Below, piece after piece: positions 18,404-28,889 of a stretch of DNA of 39,506 nt; within the stretch, counting starts at the first letter, position 1, and each line of letters starts with the position of its first letter. The notes beneath the pieces were generated by a model, which was not told the DNA's origin, did no database searches, and saw nothing but the letters and a program-made list of their open reading frames with translations. The DNA is taken from positions 1-39,506 of the forward strand of contig MFTF01000012.1 of assembly GCA_001786745.1 (NCBI GenBank). The letters run 5' to 3'. The DNA is from Candidatus Nomurabacteria bacterium RIFCSPHIGHO2_01_FULL_36_23 (GTDB taxonomy: Bacteria; Patescibacteriota; Minisyncoccia; Phycocordibacterales; UBA9973). The position numbers were made by a program, and so were the translations under genes.

Positions 18404-19673
18404 CTTTTCCTAAAATTTCAGCGATTACAAAAGGGTCGGGGGATGTGTCCATGCCGGATAGCGCGTAACGGATTGGATGAAGCACTTCTCCCCTACTGCC
18501 CACGCTGTCAGCTGTTTTCACTAAGATAACGTTAATATTTTCTTTCGTAAATTTTTCTTTGGGTAAATTTTCCAAATTTCGTATTGCTAATTTTAAATTT
18601 TTCGCAATCCGTTCCGGGGAAATATTTTTATAAATAAGTTTTTCTTTTGCGTATTTTGGCTGTTTGAAAAAAAAATCTAACTCCCCTCTTGCGACCATAT
18701 CTTTAATATCGCCCCATTTTGAAATCCGCTCAAGGATAATGAAGACAAGCTTTGGATTGCGCATATTTTCTGGCAACCATTTTAAAATATTTTTTTCTAT
18801 TTCTTCTGGAGAAAGTAATTTTATATGCTCTTTATTTATCCAGTCTAGTTTTTTTATATTAAATATTCCCCCGCTTTTTTGTATTTTTTTAAAACTGAAT
18901 TCTTTCAATAATTCTTCCAGGGTAAATATTTCTTGATTATTGCCGGGATTCCAGCCAATAAGTGCTAGAAAATTCAATATAGCTTCGGGTAAATAACTCA
19001 TTTCTTTGTATTCTAAAACAGAAAGAGCTCCATGTCTTTTTGAAAGCTTAGATTTATCGGGAGAAAGTATAAGTGGAATATGAGCATATTGAGGTCTTGC
19101 GGCTCCCAGCGCTTCTAAAATTAAAATCTGCCTTGGGGTATTGGAAATATGGTCTTGTCCTCGAATGATATGAGTGACAGCCATTTCTATATCATCCACC
19201 ACCACGGCAAAATGATAAAGTGGCGTATCTAAATCTTTCGCGATAACAAAATCTTGAAGATCAGTCGTATCAAATTCTATCTCTCCTAAAACCAAGTCAT
19301 TAAATTTAATTTTTTTATTTGGGTTCTTAAATCTTATAACCTCTCCTCTATCCCCTTCTTTTTTGGGTTCTTCTTGAGAAACATAAGCTATTTTTTGGTT
19401 GATTAATTTTTTCAAATGTTTTTTATAAATCTCAGTTCTTTCAGATTGTCTATAAAATTCTTCATAGGGCATTTTTAACCACTTAAGAGATTCAATAATA
19501 TTGTCTTCAAATTCTTTTTTTGATCTTTCTTTGTCCGTATCCTCAATTCTTAATATAAATTTTCCACCATTTTGTTTAGCATATAAATAGTTAAAAAGAG
19601 CGGTTCGAGCAGACCCTATATGAAATAACCCTGTCGGAGACGGTGGCATTCTTGTAACGACTTTTTGAGACAT
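18369..19673 (-). CDS. gltX: Glutamate-tRNA ligase
   Basis: PSPTG..HIGS, LRIEDTD, RGQDHISNT, KLSKR. Confidence 0.97.
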   Translation of the reverse strand: MSQKVVTRMPPSPTGLFHIGSARTALFNYLYAKQNGGKFILRIEDTDKERSKKEFEDNIIESLKWLKMPYEEFYRQSERTEIYKKHLKKLINQKIAYVSQEEPKKEGDRGEVIRFKNPNKKIKFNDLVLGEIEFDTTDLQDFVIAKDLDTPLYHFAVVVDDIEMAVTHIIRGQDHISNTPRQILILEALGAARPQYAHIPLILSPDKSKLSKRHGALSVLEYKEMSYLPEAILNFLALIGWNPGNNQEIFTLEELLKEFSFKKIQKSGGIFNIKKLDWINKEHIKLLSPEEIEKNILKWLPENMRNPKLVFIILERISKWGDIKDMVARGELDFFFKQPKYAKEKLIYKNISPERIAKNLKLAIRNLENLPKEKFTKENINVILVKTADSVGSRGEVLHPIRYALSGMDTSPDPFVIAEILGKDETIYRLKKAI

Positions 19674-19710
19674 AATGCTATTTTAGCATTTAATTTAATT
19701 TATTTCTATT

Positions 19711-20841
19711 TTATTTCTCGTGGCTCAAGGCGATATCCACCAGTTCGCGAGCGATTTTCATCGCGGCGCCGGGCTTATTGAAAGTCTTTGCATTTTGCGC
19801 CATAATTTCATGACTTGCCTTATCCCCTATTATTCTTTCAATCTCTGAACTTAAAATGTTCGCAGTCATATTCATTTCTTCTATCACATTACAAGCTCCG
19901 GCGCGCGCATAATTGAAAGCATTTTTCTTGGCATGATTAGCATTTGATTCGGTGAATGGAACTAAGATTGATGGCACACCCCAAGACGCTATTTCAAATA
20001 AAGTTGACCCCGCTCGAGAAATGACAATAGTGGCTACACCAGCGGCCATTTTTATTTGTAAAGAATTTAAATAAGCAATTGATAAATATCTTAATTTGTA
20101 TTGATTATCAGTCAGCACAACTTCTGCTCTGCCTGTAACCATTTTAAAATTATTGACGCCAGTCTGATGAATGATTTGATAATTTTTTATTAATCTTGGC
20201 AACGCGTCTAAGATAGTATTATTTATAAGCTCCGCGCCCTGAGAACCTCCGATAATTAAAATAACCGGTAAATTTGATTCTAGTTTAAAATATTCAAGCG
20301 CTTCTCTCCGCGGAGCAGGATGTTCTATCTCAGCCCTTATCGGTTGTCCCGTCCAGGCAACTTTTTGGGATGGAAAATAATCTGCCGCTTCTAAAAAAGA
20401 AACAGCGATTTTTTTCGCAAAATACCCAGCCCATTTATTTACTCGTCCGGGCGCAGAATCTGATTCATGAATTAAAATAGGAATACGTAAAAATCTGGCG
20501 GCAAAAATGGTTGGAAATGACGCATATCCTCCCTTGCCAAAAACAACATCCGGATAAATTGAAAACATTTTAAAAACCGCATTTATTATGCCGAAAAATA
20601 TTTTAAAAACATCAAAAAAATTTCTAAAAGAAAAATAAGTACGCATTTTTCCAGTACTTATTTCTTCATATAAAAACCCATTTTCAAACAATATTTCTTT
20701 ATCATAGGGACTATCGGAAATATAATAGAGCTTGGCTCCTATTATATTTTCATGATCTATTATTTCATTAACTTTTTGGGCAACAGCGATAATCGGATAA
20801 AAATGCCCGCCTGTCCCACCGCCTGTAAAAACTATTTTCAT
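19711..20841 (-). CDS. murG: Lipid II GlcNAc transferase
   Basis: GGGTGGH, GKGGYAS, GGSQGA, SRAGS. Confidence 0.97.
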   Translation of the reverse strand: MKIVFTGGGTGGHFYPIIAVAQKVNEIIDHENIIGAKLYYISDSPYDKEILFENGFLYEEISTGKMRTYFSFRNFFDVFKIFFGIINAVFKMFSIYPDVVFGKGGYASFPTIFAARFLRIPILIHESDSAPGRVNKWAGYFAKKIAVSFLEAADYFPSQKVAWTGQPIRAEIEHPAPRREALEYFKLESNLPVILIIGGSQGAELINNTILDALPRLIKNYQIIHQTGVNNFKMVTGRAEVVLTDNQYKLRYLSIAYLNSLQIKMAAGVATIVISRAGSTLFEIASWGVPSILVPFTESNANHAKKNAFNYARAGACNVIEEMNMTANILSSEIERIIGDKASHEIMAQNAKTFNKPGAAMKIARELVDIALSHEK

Positions 20842-20844
20842 ATG

Positions 20845-21942
20845 TTAATTTTTATTATATTTTGATACCTGAAACACAATGCCCATCGTCATTAGATATA
20901 CCATCAACGCAGTACCCCCATGACTCATGAAAACCAATGGTACTCCAGTCAACGGAAAAACTCCGGCAACAGAAGCAATGTGCATAAATGATTGCGCTGT
21001 AATCATTATAACAATCCCAGAAACCAAAAGTCCACTAAATAAATCGGGGGAATTATTGGCAATACGAAACCCGCGTAAAATAAAAAGAATAAAAAGAAAT
21101 ATTACCGCAAATGCTCCAACAAAACCCAGTTCTTCACCCAAAACAGCAAAAATAGAATCTCCTTGCGGTTCTGGAAGATAACTGAATTTTTGAATGCTTT
21201 GACCAAATCCTCTGCCGAAAATCCCGCCACTGCCCAACGCAATCAATGATTGTTGAATTTGGTAAGAAGACCCTCTGGGATCAGAGGACGGATCAATAAA
21301 AGTTTTTACTCGCTCTCGTAAATAGGGAGTAAAATAAATAAAAGACCCCAGAACTAATGTTATTCCCACACCAATGCCTAAAATATATTTCACAGGAACA
21401 CCTGAAATAAAAAGCATCAATATTCCAGTCACCGTAATTAAAATAAAACTCTTAGTATCTGGCTGTTTGAGTAAAACTAAAGCGATTATTGTCAGCATTA
21501 TAAAAAGCGGCAAAATCCTAAATTTAAAATCCTTGACTCTGTTTTTAGCCCAAGATAACCAGGCCGCAAAATAAATCACGAATCCAAATTTTAAAAACTC
21601 CACTGGCTGAAAAGAAAAACCTCCAAATTGTATCCATCTTTCTGCTCCGCCATGGCTCCATCCCAAAGAAGGAATAAAAACTGAAGTCGTGAGGAGTATT
21701 GAGCCCAAAAAAATTAAAAAGGAGTATTTGCGCCAAAATTTGTAATTTATTTTTAAGCAAAAATACATACCAACTAATCCCAAACCAAGACCTAGAATTA
21801 ATTGATTAAAAAGAACTGAATAAAAAATTTTTCCATTCTTAACCAAAATTCCCAAGGATGCGGAAATAAACATGCTAACGCCAATGACAACCAGCAGAAA
21901 TACAATTATTAGAAAAAATCTGTCTATTTTTTTTTCTCGCAT
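20845..21942 (-). CDS. ftsW: SEDS glycosyltransferase FtsW
   Basis: RWI, QPVEFLK, QPD, YLPEPQGDSIFA, SHGGT; located between mraY and murG; start reassigned to MREKK. Confidence 0.92.
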   Translation of the reverse strand: MREKKIDRFFLIIVFLLVVIGVSMFISASLGILVKNGKIFYSVLFNQLILGLGLGLVGMYFCLKINYKFWRKYSFLIFLGSILLTTSVFIPSLGWSHGGAERWIQFGGFSFQPVEFLKFGFVIYFAAWLSWAKNRVKDFKFRILPLFIMLTIIALVLLKQPDTKSFILITVTGILMLFISGVPVKYILGIGVGITLVLGSFIYFTPYLRERVKTFIDPSSDPRGSSYQIQQSLIALGSGGIFGRGFGQSIQKFSYLPEPQGDSIFAVLGEELGFVGAFAVIFLFILFILRGFRIANNSPDLFSGLLVSGIVIMITAQSFMHIASVAGVFPLTGVPLVFMSHGGTALMVYLMTMGIVFQVSKYNKN

Positions 21943-21944
21943 AT

Positions 21945-23000
21945 TTATCGGCTTATGATTGCTAAAATTATTCCAATAATGGCAAAGACAATTGAAAGAA
22001 CCCAATAACGCATTGTGATTTTATAACGTGACCAACCGATAACTTCAAAATGATGGTGTAGGGGCGCTACCCGAAAGACTCTTTTGCCATTTCTTAATTT
22101 TTTTGAAATCATTTGAATAATATCAGAGAATGAAGTGATAACAAGAGGCAAAGCCACAATAGGCAAGATTAAAACCGAATCAGTCAAGAATGCCAGTGCC
22201 GCCAAAGTTATCGTAAGTCCCATAATACCGGTTTCGCCCATATAAAATCTAGCCGGCGGAATATTAAACCAGAGAAAGGCCAAGGTAACTCCAGTGATAA
22301 CTCCCGAAAAAGTGGCAATATCTATTTGATTATTGGCAAAAGCTATCGCCGAATAGGCGGCAAAAATAGACGCAAAAACTCCGCCGGAAAGCCCGTCTAT
22401 TCCGTCAATTACTCCGCCGGAAAAAGTCGCGAGCGCAACTATTATGAAAAATGGAATTATCAAAACACCCAAATATATTTCCCCGCCAAAGGGAATATGC
22501 ATTGAAGTCATTTCTAATTTATAAAAAAACCAAAACCCGATTAAAAGAGAAATGGATGTTACTAGAAAAATTTTCCATATACGCCAAGATTTATCGTCGC
22601 GAGCAAAACGTCCGTTGCCATAAATTTGAATAAGGTCATCCCAAAGTCCGATCAGCGACCCCAAAAGAAGCGTAAAAAGAGGTATTAGAGTCTGATTGCG
22701 ACTTAAAAAATTCATTTTTTCTGTAGCGATAGAAGGAAAAAAAATTGACACCAAATAAAAAATAAGTGTCGTGAAAAGGGCGGAAATCCAGATTATTATT
22801 CCACCCACGCGCGGCGTATTAAGTTCTTCTTTGTGATTATGTATTTTAGAAAAGTCTGGGGCAATTGTATTTATGTTTCTAGAATATTTTTTCCACATTT
22901 TGTATTTATAGAAAAAATATGTGGCGACTGGCGTCAAAAAAAGTCCTAAAAAAAAGGCAAAAGCCGTTGGCAGGAAGATTTTAACTAAATTCAAATACAT
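21945..23000 (-). CDS. mraY: Phospho-MurNAc-pentapeptide transferase
   Basis: TPRVGG, GLWDD, DGIDGL, FYMGETG, APLHHHFE. Confidence 0.96.
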   Translation of the reverse strand: MYLNLVKIFLPTAFAFFLGLFLTPVATYFFYKYKMWKKYSRNINTIAPDFSKIHNHKEELNTPRVGGIIIWISALFTTLIFYLVSIFFPSIATEKMNFLSRNQTLIPLFTLLLGSLIGLWDDLIQIYGNGRFARDDKSWRIWKIFLVTSISLLIGFWFFYKLEMTSMHIPFGGEIYLGVLIIPFFIIVALATFSGGVIDGIDGLSGGVFASIFAAYSAIAFANNQIDIATFSGVITGVTLAFLWFNIPPARFYMGETGIMGLTITLAALAFLTDSVLILPIVALPLVITSFSDIIQMISKKLRNGKRVFRVAPLHHHFEVIGWSRYKITMRYWVLSIVFAIIGIILAIISR

Positions 23001-23054
23001 AGTTAAATTATAGCATTTTTTGATTAAAATACATCAATATGTTATTGTTTTCAA

Positions 23055-23909
23055 GTGGAAAAAACGCAAAAAATCATTTGGAAATTCATATTGTCTTTAA
23101 TAATGCTTGTTTTAGTGTTTTTTGTTTTCGTACCCTATTTCACTTCAGATTTTTTAGATTTAAGGCAAAAACGAGAGAATGAAGAGAATTATCAAAAATT
23201 TCTAAAAGAAGAATTGGTAAAAAAAGAAGCGGAGATAAAAGAAGAGCAAAAAATTTTTTTAATGGGCAAGTTTGACCCGGCTATAAGAGAAAATTTTATC
23301 TTAATACCACCGGAATATACGGTAGGTGAAAACAAAATGTATTTAAGAAAAGAAACGTATGAGGCATATTTACAAATGCGGAATGCGGCGATTGTTGATG
23401 GTATAAATTTAAAAATCGCTTCAGCCACTAGAAATTTTGATTATCAAAAAAATCTTTGGAATAATAAATGGACTGGAATTACGATTGTTGATGGGCAAGA
23501 TTTGTCAAAAAGCATTCCCGGGGAGCAAGAGAGATTTAAAAAAATATTAGAATACAGCGCCGTGCCCGGAACATCCAGGCATCACTGGGGCACAGACATA
23601 GACATAAATGATGCAAATCCTTCATATTTTGACAAAGAAAAAGGTGAAAAAGAATATGATTGGTTGATAAAAAACGCTTCTTTCTTCGGATTTTGCCAAA
23701 CTTATAATTTAAAAAATACGGGAAGAGTTATAGGCTATAATGAAGAAAAATGGCATTGGTCCTATTTACCTCTCGCTAGAACTCTAACGCAAGAATATAA
23801 AAATTTAATTAAAGATGAAAATATAAATGGATTTTTAGGAGATGAATACGTAGCTGGACAAGATTTGATTAATAATTACGTACTTAGTATTAATCCGAAT
23901 TGTATTTAG
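23055..23909 (+). CDS. M15B D,D-carboxypeptidase (VanY-like), membrane anchored
   Basis: SATR, SAVPGTSRHHWGTDID, EKWHWSY. Confidence 0.92.
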   Translation: MEKTQKIIWKFILSLIMLVLVFFVFVPYFTSDFLDLRQKRENEENYQKFLKEELVKKEAEIKEEQKIFLMGKFDPAIRENFILIPPEYTVGENKMYLRKETYEAYLQMRNAAIVDGINLKIASATRNFDYQKNLWNNKWTGITIVDGQDLSKSIPGEQERFKKILEYSAVPGTSRHHWGTDIDINDANPSYFDKEKGEKEYDWLIKNASFFGFCQTYNLKNTGRVIGYNEEKWHWSYLPLARTLTQEYKNLIKDENINGFLGDEYVAGQDLINNYVLSINPNCI

Positions 23910-23947
23910 CATTAGTGCGCGACCGCTTCTTATTGCTAAATTAGTAA

Positions 23948-24328
23948 TCAATATACTTCCTGCTGATAACATTTTTCGCAATACACTGTCTCCGGTCTCT
24001 CTGGAGAATATGAGGTTTCAAATTCCACTTTACACTTCCCTGCTCCATGAAAATGATTTATTTTGCTTTGCCCGTCGTAGCTTTGCGAAGTCGGGTCGCA
24101 CATGCACTTTCGATGCCAAAGTTTAAATGGATTTCTTCGCGCAACTCTTGCCGTATGACGACAATAGAAACAACGTTTGGGAATTGGAATCTGCATTTTT
24201 CTGTAAAAAATCAATTCATTGGGAACGATTTTGTAATTTCTTTTACATTCAATACAGGCAAAAACTTCTTTCGGCTCAATGGTAAAGTCTTGCTTGCAAT
24301 TTTGACATATTTTCGTTTCGCTTCGCAT
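23948..24328 (-). CDS. Minimal Zn-ribbon paralog (N- and C-termini fused; possible pseudogene)
   Basis: ETKICQNCKQDFTIEP joined directly to KEVFACIECK...YCEKCYQQEVY. Confidence 0.7.
   Translation of the reverse strand: MRSETKICQNCKQDFTIEPKEVFACIECKRNYKIVPNELIFYRKMQIPIPKRCFYCRHTARVARRNPFKLWHRKCMCDPTSQSYDGQSKINHFHGAGKCKVEFETSYSPERPETVYCEKCYQQEVY
24066..24095 (-). repeat. 30-bp hairpin element in frame (PTSQSYDGQS)
   Basis: CCCGACTTCGCAAAGCTACGACGGGCAAAG; removal gives CMCD|KINH. Confidence 0.7.
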
Positions 24329-24377
24329 AATTTTACTTTACTTATAAATCTGCGATAGCAGAGTTATAAGTATTTAG

Positions 24378-24974
24378 TTAAATACTATTTTCTTTTTTCA
24401 TTTCTTCCATCAAATTTTGGGCTACGATTTCGATCTCTTTACGAACTTTTCCATAATCGGGTAACTCTTCAATGGATTTTATACCCATATAAGACATTAA
24501 TTCAAAACTTGGTTTATAGATATAACGTCTGCTATCTTTGCTGTCGGTTTCTCTCTCTATCAATCCACGAACGGACAAAGCGCGCAGAGTAAAACTTGAA
24601 TTTACACCCCTGATATAATCAATCTCCGCTCTACTCACTCCGTTTTTATAAAGAACAATAGACAATGTTTCCAAGCTGGCTTTGGAAAGTTCTTTATTTA
24701 ATTCTTCTTTTTGCAAAGCTTCAAAAAGTTTAGAGAGTTCAGGCGGAGTTCCTAAAGTAATCTCCCCGCCTGCATCGCTATGCGAAGCATTGCGGGCAGG
24801 ATTGTTTTTCTCTAATAACACTATTCCTCTATTCTCTAAATTATTTTTTAAATTAAAAACAGCATCTTTTATTTCCTTTGTTGAAACTTTCAAAATATCT
24901 TCTAGTTTTTTAAAAGACACTGGCTCCCCTTTCCAAAATAGTATCGCCTCAATTTTTGACTCCAAATTAATCAT
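24378..24974 (-). CDS. scpB: SMC-Scp complex subunit ScpB
   Basis: IEAILF..GEP, LSKASLETLSIVLY, IDYIRGVNS. Confidence 0.95.
   Translation of the reverse strand: MINLESKIEAILFWKGEPVSFKKLEDILKVSTKEIKDAVFNLKNNLENRGIVLLEKNNPARNASHSDAGGEITLGTPPELSKLFEALQKEELNKELSKASLETLSIVLYKNGVSRAEIDYIRGVNSSFTLRALSVRGLIERETDSKDSRRYIYKPSFELMSYMGIKSIEELPDYGKVRKEIEIVAQNLMEEMKKENSI
24765..24800 (-). repeat. 36-bp palindromic element in frame (PARNASHSDAGG)
   Basis: CCTGCCCGCAATGCTTCGCATAGCGATGCAGGCGGG; copy 2 of 4. Confidence 0.92.
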
Positions 24975-25719
24975 GATTTTCAGTCATTTTTTCAATAATA
25001 ATATCAGAAAAATCACTTTCTTGCATAACATGAATTATTCCCTGTCGAACAAGTTCTAATATAGCAAGAAAACCCACAATTGCAGTCACCCTTTCTTCGC
25101 GAGTTTTGATTTTGCCGCTAAAATTTTTAAAACTCGTTTGCAAAGAATTTTTTATTCTCTCGGTTAATTTTTCAATCATTTCTTCAATACTGACGACTTT
25201 TTTCACTTCCACTTCAGGTAAAAATACTTTTTTGGGCATTGAGCCCAAAACACCCCGAGCGAAACTCATCATATTTTTTTTGGTAATCTGATCATCCGGC
25301 AAAAACATCAAAGTTGTGTGGCCCCAAGCTCGTAGTTCATTTCTTCGTTCAAGTGGCGTAAAAATTATTTTCTTGCCAAAATTATTTTTAATATTAACTC
25401 CAAGTTTAGTGAAGAGCTCATACAATCTTAATCTTTCTTCCAAATTATGTATATCCCCCTCTTCTTCGTCGGTTAAATTTAAATTCGGCAGAAGTGATTT
25501 TGATTTAATTAGAATAAGAGTTGATGCCACCAAAATAAAACTGGAAATTTTGTCTGGGTGAAGACTGCCCAACTTATTCATGTAATTAAGATAATCTTCC
25601 GTTACGGCTACAAGCGAGACATCATTTATAAAAAGCTTGCGTTTTTCTATTAAACCCAAAAGCAGTCCAAACGGCCCTTCAAAACCCGTCATTTTTATTT
25701 GGTAAGTGTCTCCTTCCAC
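24967..25719 (-). CDS. scpA: Segregation and condensation protein A
   Basis: FEGPFGLLL, LIKSKSLLP, FLAILELVRQG. Confidence 0.95.
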   Translation of the reverse strand: MEGDTYQIKMTGFEGPFGLLLGLIEKRKLFINDVSLVAVTEDYLNYMNKLGSLHPDKISSFILVASTLILIKSKSLLPNLNLTDEEEGDIHNLEERLRLYELFTKLGVNIKNNFGKKIIFTPLERRNELRAWGHTTLMFLPDDQITKKNMMSFARGVLGSMPKKVFLPEVEVKKVVSIEEMIEKLTERIKNSLQTSFKNFSGKIKTREERVTAIVGFLAILELVRQGIIHVMQESDFSDIIIEKMTENHD

Positions 25720-25763
25720 TTTTCTATATTAGCATTTTTTACAGAAAAAGATATACTGAAAAA

Positions 25764-28250
25764 ATGAAATCTAAAAGTGTTCGCCTGTCTAAAAACGCTA
25801 TTCCAATAAAATATGACATTCAGCTTCAACCAGATTTGGAAAATTTTACTTTTGAGGGCATCGAAACAATAACGCTTTCTGTCCTTGAAAAAACAAAAAT
25901 ATTAACTCTTCACTCTAAAGAGTTAGAAATAGAAACAGCCCACATGTCTGACATGTGGGGAAAAATCTCTTACAATGAAAAGTTAGAAACTGCGAGTTTT
26001 TTATTTCCTAAAATTATCAGGGCTGGCAAAACAAAATTGACTCTTGTGTTTAAGGGAATTTTGAACGATAAAATGCGCGGATTTTATCGTAGTCGATATA
26101 CTGTTGGAGAAAAAGAGTATCATCTAGCCACAACACAGTTTGAAGCCACCGATGCGCGACGAGCCTTTCCCTGTTTTGACGAACCAGCGCAAAAAGCGAT
26201 TTTTCATGTTTCGCTCATTGTGCCGAAAGGCAAAATCGCTATTTCAAATACATTGCCAATTTCTGTTGCAGAACATAGCGCGGGCTTTGAAATTATAAAG
26301 TTTTTGCCAACGCCCAAAATGTCCACCTATCTGCTCGCGTTTATTATTGGTGATTTTGAATATATTGAATCCTATACAAAAAATAAAACAAAAAACGGCA
26401 TACGAGTCCGTGTCTTCACCACTCCCGGCAAAAAACATCAGGCAAAATTTGCCCTTAATTGCGCGGTAAAAACTTTAGAATTCTACGAAAAATATTTTGA
26501 TATTGCCTACCCATTGCCAGTATTGGATATGATAGCCATACCGGATTTCACATCCGGAGCAATGGAAAACTGGGGCGCTATCACTTATCGTGAGAGTGCG
26601 CTTTTGGTTGACAAAAATCATTCTTCCGCCTCCAATAAGCAATGGGTGACGCTGGTCGTCGCGCATGAAATAGCCCATCAGTGGTTCGGCAATTTAGTGA
26701 CGATGGAATGGTGGACACATTTATGGCTTAATGAAGGCTTTGCTTCTTATATAGAATATCTCGCTATAGATAAACTTTTTCCCAAGTGGGATATTTGGAC
26801 GCAATTCTCCATCAAAGAACTTGGGGTTGCGTTGCAACTGGACTCGCTTTTTCATACGCATCCTATTGAAATACCGGTGCATCATCCGGATGAAATCGGC
26901 GAGATATTTGACGAAGTGTCATATTCCAAGGGCGCTTCCATCATCCGCATGCTGGCAGATTATTTAGGTGAGAAAGATTTTAGAAATGGCTTGCGATATT
27001 ATTTGAAAAAACATAGTTATAAAAATACTGAGACATTGCATCTCTGGCAAGCTTTTGAAAAAGTTTCTGGAAAACCTGTCGCTAAAATAATGCATAATTG
27101 GACGAGCAAGCCCGGTTATCCGGTCGTGAAAGTTGAAATAAAAAATAATCAATTGTCATTGTCGCAGGAAAGATTTTTCACGAGCCCAATATCAGCTAAA
27201 AAAGTTAAAAATAAAACCAAATGGGAAATTCCGATAACTTTTAAGAAAAACAAGGTAAATTTTGGTGAAACTGGATTCTTTAGAACGGCTTATTCAAAAG
27301 AATTATTAGAAAAACTTCGTGAACCCATAAAGAACAAGAAATTAAGTGCCCGAGACCGACTGGGCATTATTAGAGATCTTTTTGCGCTTGCTGAATCGGG
27401 CGATATACCGACGACGGATGCTTTAGAATTTTTATCGGCTTATAAGAAAGAAGATAATTACACCGTCTGGGTTGAAATTGCTACCGGTTTGGCCCGGCTT
27501 GAACAATTGCTTATAAAAAGTAATGTTCAAAATAATCTTAATGCACTTATTGTTGATTTATTCTCCCCTACTTTTAAACGTCTCGGCTGGACGACAAAAA
27601 AGGGAGAATTGCATACGGATACCCTTTTGCGTTCGCTTACAATTTCGCGCGCCGGACATTCAGGTGATGAAAAAATAATAGATCAAGCTAGGAAAAAATT
27701 TATATTATTACAGAAAAACAAACACATAAATCCGGATATTCGCGGAGCAATATATTCTGTCGTTGCAACTTGGGGTGAGGTGGAGGAATATAAAACTTTG
27801 ATAAAAAAATATAAAAAAGAAACTTTGCATGAAGAGAAGAACAGAATTGGGAACGCCCTAGGTGACTTTTTCAATACTAAAATTCTTAAGAACACTTGTA
27901 AATTCGCAATGTCTCAAAATGTTCGCGCACAAGACGCTGTCGGCATCATTTCATCCGTAGGGGCAAATCCGTTCGGCCGAGATATTTGGTGGAATTTTGT
28001 TCAAAAAAATTGGAAAACTCTTGTCTCGCGCTATGGCGATGGTGGGCACACTTTGGCACAACTGGTCAACGCCATATCAGGTAGCGCGGAAGAAAAACAT
28101 TTAAAATCTTTCAAAAAATTCTTCGCAAACCACGACGCCCCCGGCGCCCAGCGCGCCATTGAACAAGTTCTAGAACGACTAGAGGGCAACATCGCCTGGC
28201 TTAAAAGAGATGGGAAAAAGATAGAGGGGTTTTTGAAAGATCTGGTTTAA
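25764..28250 (+). CDS. pepN: M1 aminopeptidase (puromycin-sensitive type)
   Basis: TQFEATDARRAFPCFDEP, GAMENWG, HEIAHQWFGN..WLNEGFA. Confidence 0.95.
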   Translation: MKSKSVRLSKNAIPIKYDIQLQPDLENFTFEGIETITLSVLEKTKILTLHSKELEIETAHMSDMWGKISYNEKLETASFLFPKIIRAGKTKLTLVFKGILNDKMRGFYRSRYTVGEKEYHLATTQFEATDARRAFPCFDEPAQKAIFHVSLIVPKGKIAISNTLPISVAEHSAGFEIIKFLPTPKMSTYLLAFIIGDFEYIESYTKNKTKNGIRVRVFTTPGKKHQAKFALNCAVKTLEFYEKYFDIAYPLPVLDMIAIPDFTSGAMENWGAITYRESALLVDKNHSSASNKQWVTLVVAHEIAHQWFGNLVTMEWWTHLWLNEGFASYIEYLAIDKLFPKWDIWTQFSIKELGVALQLDSLFHTHPIEIPVHHPDEIGEIFDEVSYSKGASIIRMLADYLGEKDFRNGLRYYLKKHSYKNTETLHLWQAFEKVSGKPVAKIMHNWTSKPGYPVVKVEIKNNQLSLSQERFFTSPISAKKVKNKTKWEIPITFKKNKVNFGETGFFRTAYSKELLEKLREPIKNKKLSARDRLGIIRDLFALAESGDIPTTDALEFLSAYKKEDNYTVWVEIATGLARLEQLLIKSNVQNNLNALIVDLFSPTFKRLGWTTKKGELHTDTLLRSLTISRAGHSGDEKIIDQARKKFILLQKNKHINPDIRGAIYSVVATWGEVEEYKTLIKKYKKETLHEEKNRIGNALGDFFNTKILKNTCKFAMSQNVRAQDAVGIISSVGANPFGRDIWWNFVQKNWKTLVSRYGDGGHTLAQLVNAISGSAEEKHLKSFKKFFANHDAPGAQRAIEQVLERLEGNIAWLKRDGKKIEGFLKDLV

Positions 28251-28252
28251 AA

Positions 28253-28870
28253 TTAAAATCCAAGATCTTCATTTACCAATATCATTCTTACTTTTCTCTT
28301 CATTATCGGATTCTCGCCATTAAAGATGACAATCTTTTTTGGCTCAGTGCCAACGCCATATTTTTCTTTCATATGTTTATCTTCAAGCGGTATTACATGC
28401 TCCATTAGACGCGCCATAGCATCTGACAGAGTTGGAACAATTTTTTTTGTGCTAACTACAAAAATAAGATTGGGGGAAGTAAAGACAATGTGAGGCAATT
28501 GACTGCCAGTATTGGAGGCAACAATGAACTCACTTGTCTCCGCCAGGGCGTGCACACTACCTAAATAATAATCAGATAGTACGGCTTGTTTCCTAAGCAA
28601 CGTCTGTTTAGCAGAATCTTTTTCCGCAATTATTGCTTCGTGCAGATTGTTCCAGTCGTGCCCTCCTCCATTAAGATAATCAATGAAACCTATCTGCTCG
28701 AGCGTAACCGAGGCGCCGTTCATTATCGATGCGCCTTTGGGAATGAGCTCTTTTATCTTTATAAGCGCCTCAGAGCCATTTTCTACCATAAACGCTTCAA
28801 CACTCCTCGCGCCGAGAGTTTCAATAACTTTTTGAATAACTTCTTTTGTTGCTAATTCTTCGTACTTCAT
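28253..28870 (-). CDS. LUD (lactate-utilization) domain protein
   Basis: GASVTLEQIG, SDYYLGSVHA, SNTGSQ, KKIVP. Confidence 0.85.
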   Translation of the reverse strand: MKYEELATKEVIQKVIETLGARSVEAFMVENGSEALIKIKELIPKGASIMNGASVTLEQIGFIDYLNGGGHDWNNLHEAIIAEKDSAKQTLLRKQAVLSDYYLGSVHALAETSEFIVASNTGSQLPHIVFTSPNLIFVVSTKKIVPTLSDAMARLMEHVIPLEDKHMKEKYGVGTEPKKIVIFNGENPIMKRKVRMILVNEDLGF

Positions 28871-28889
28871 AATAATTTAATTATATCAT

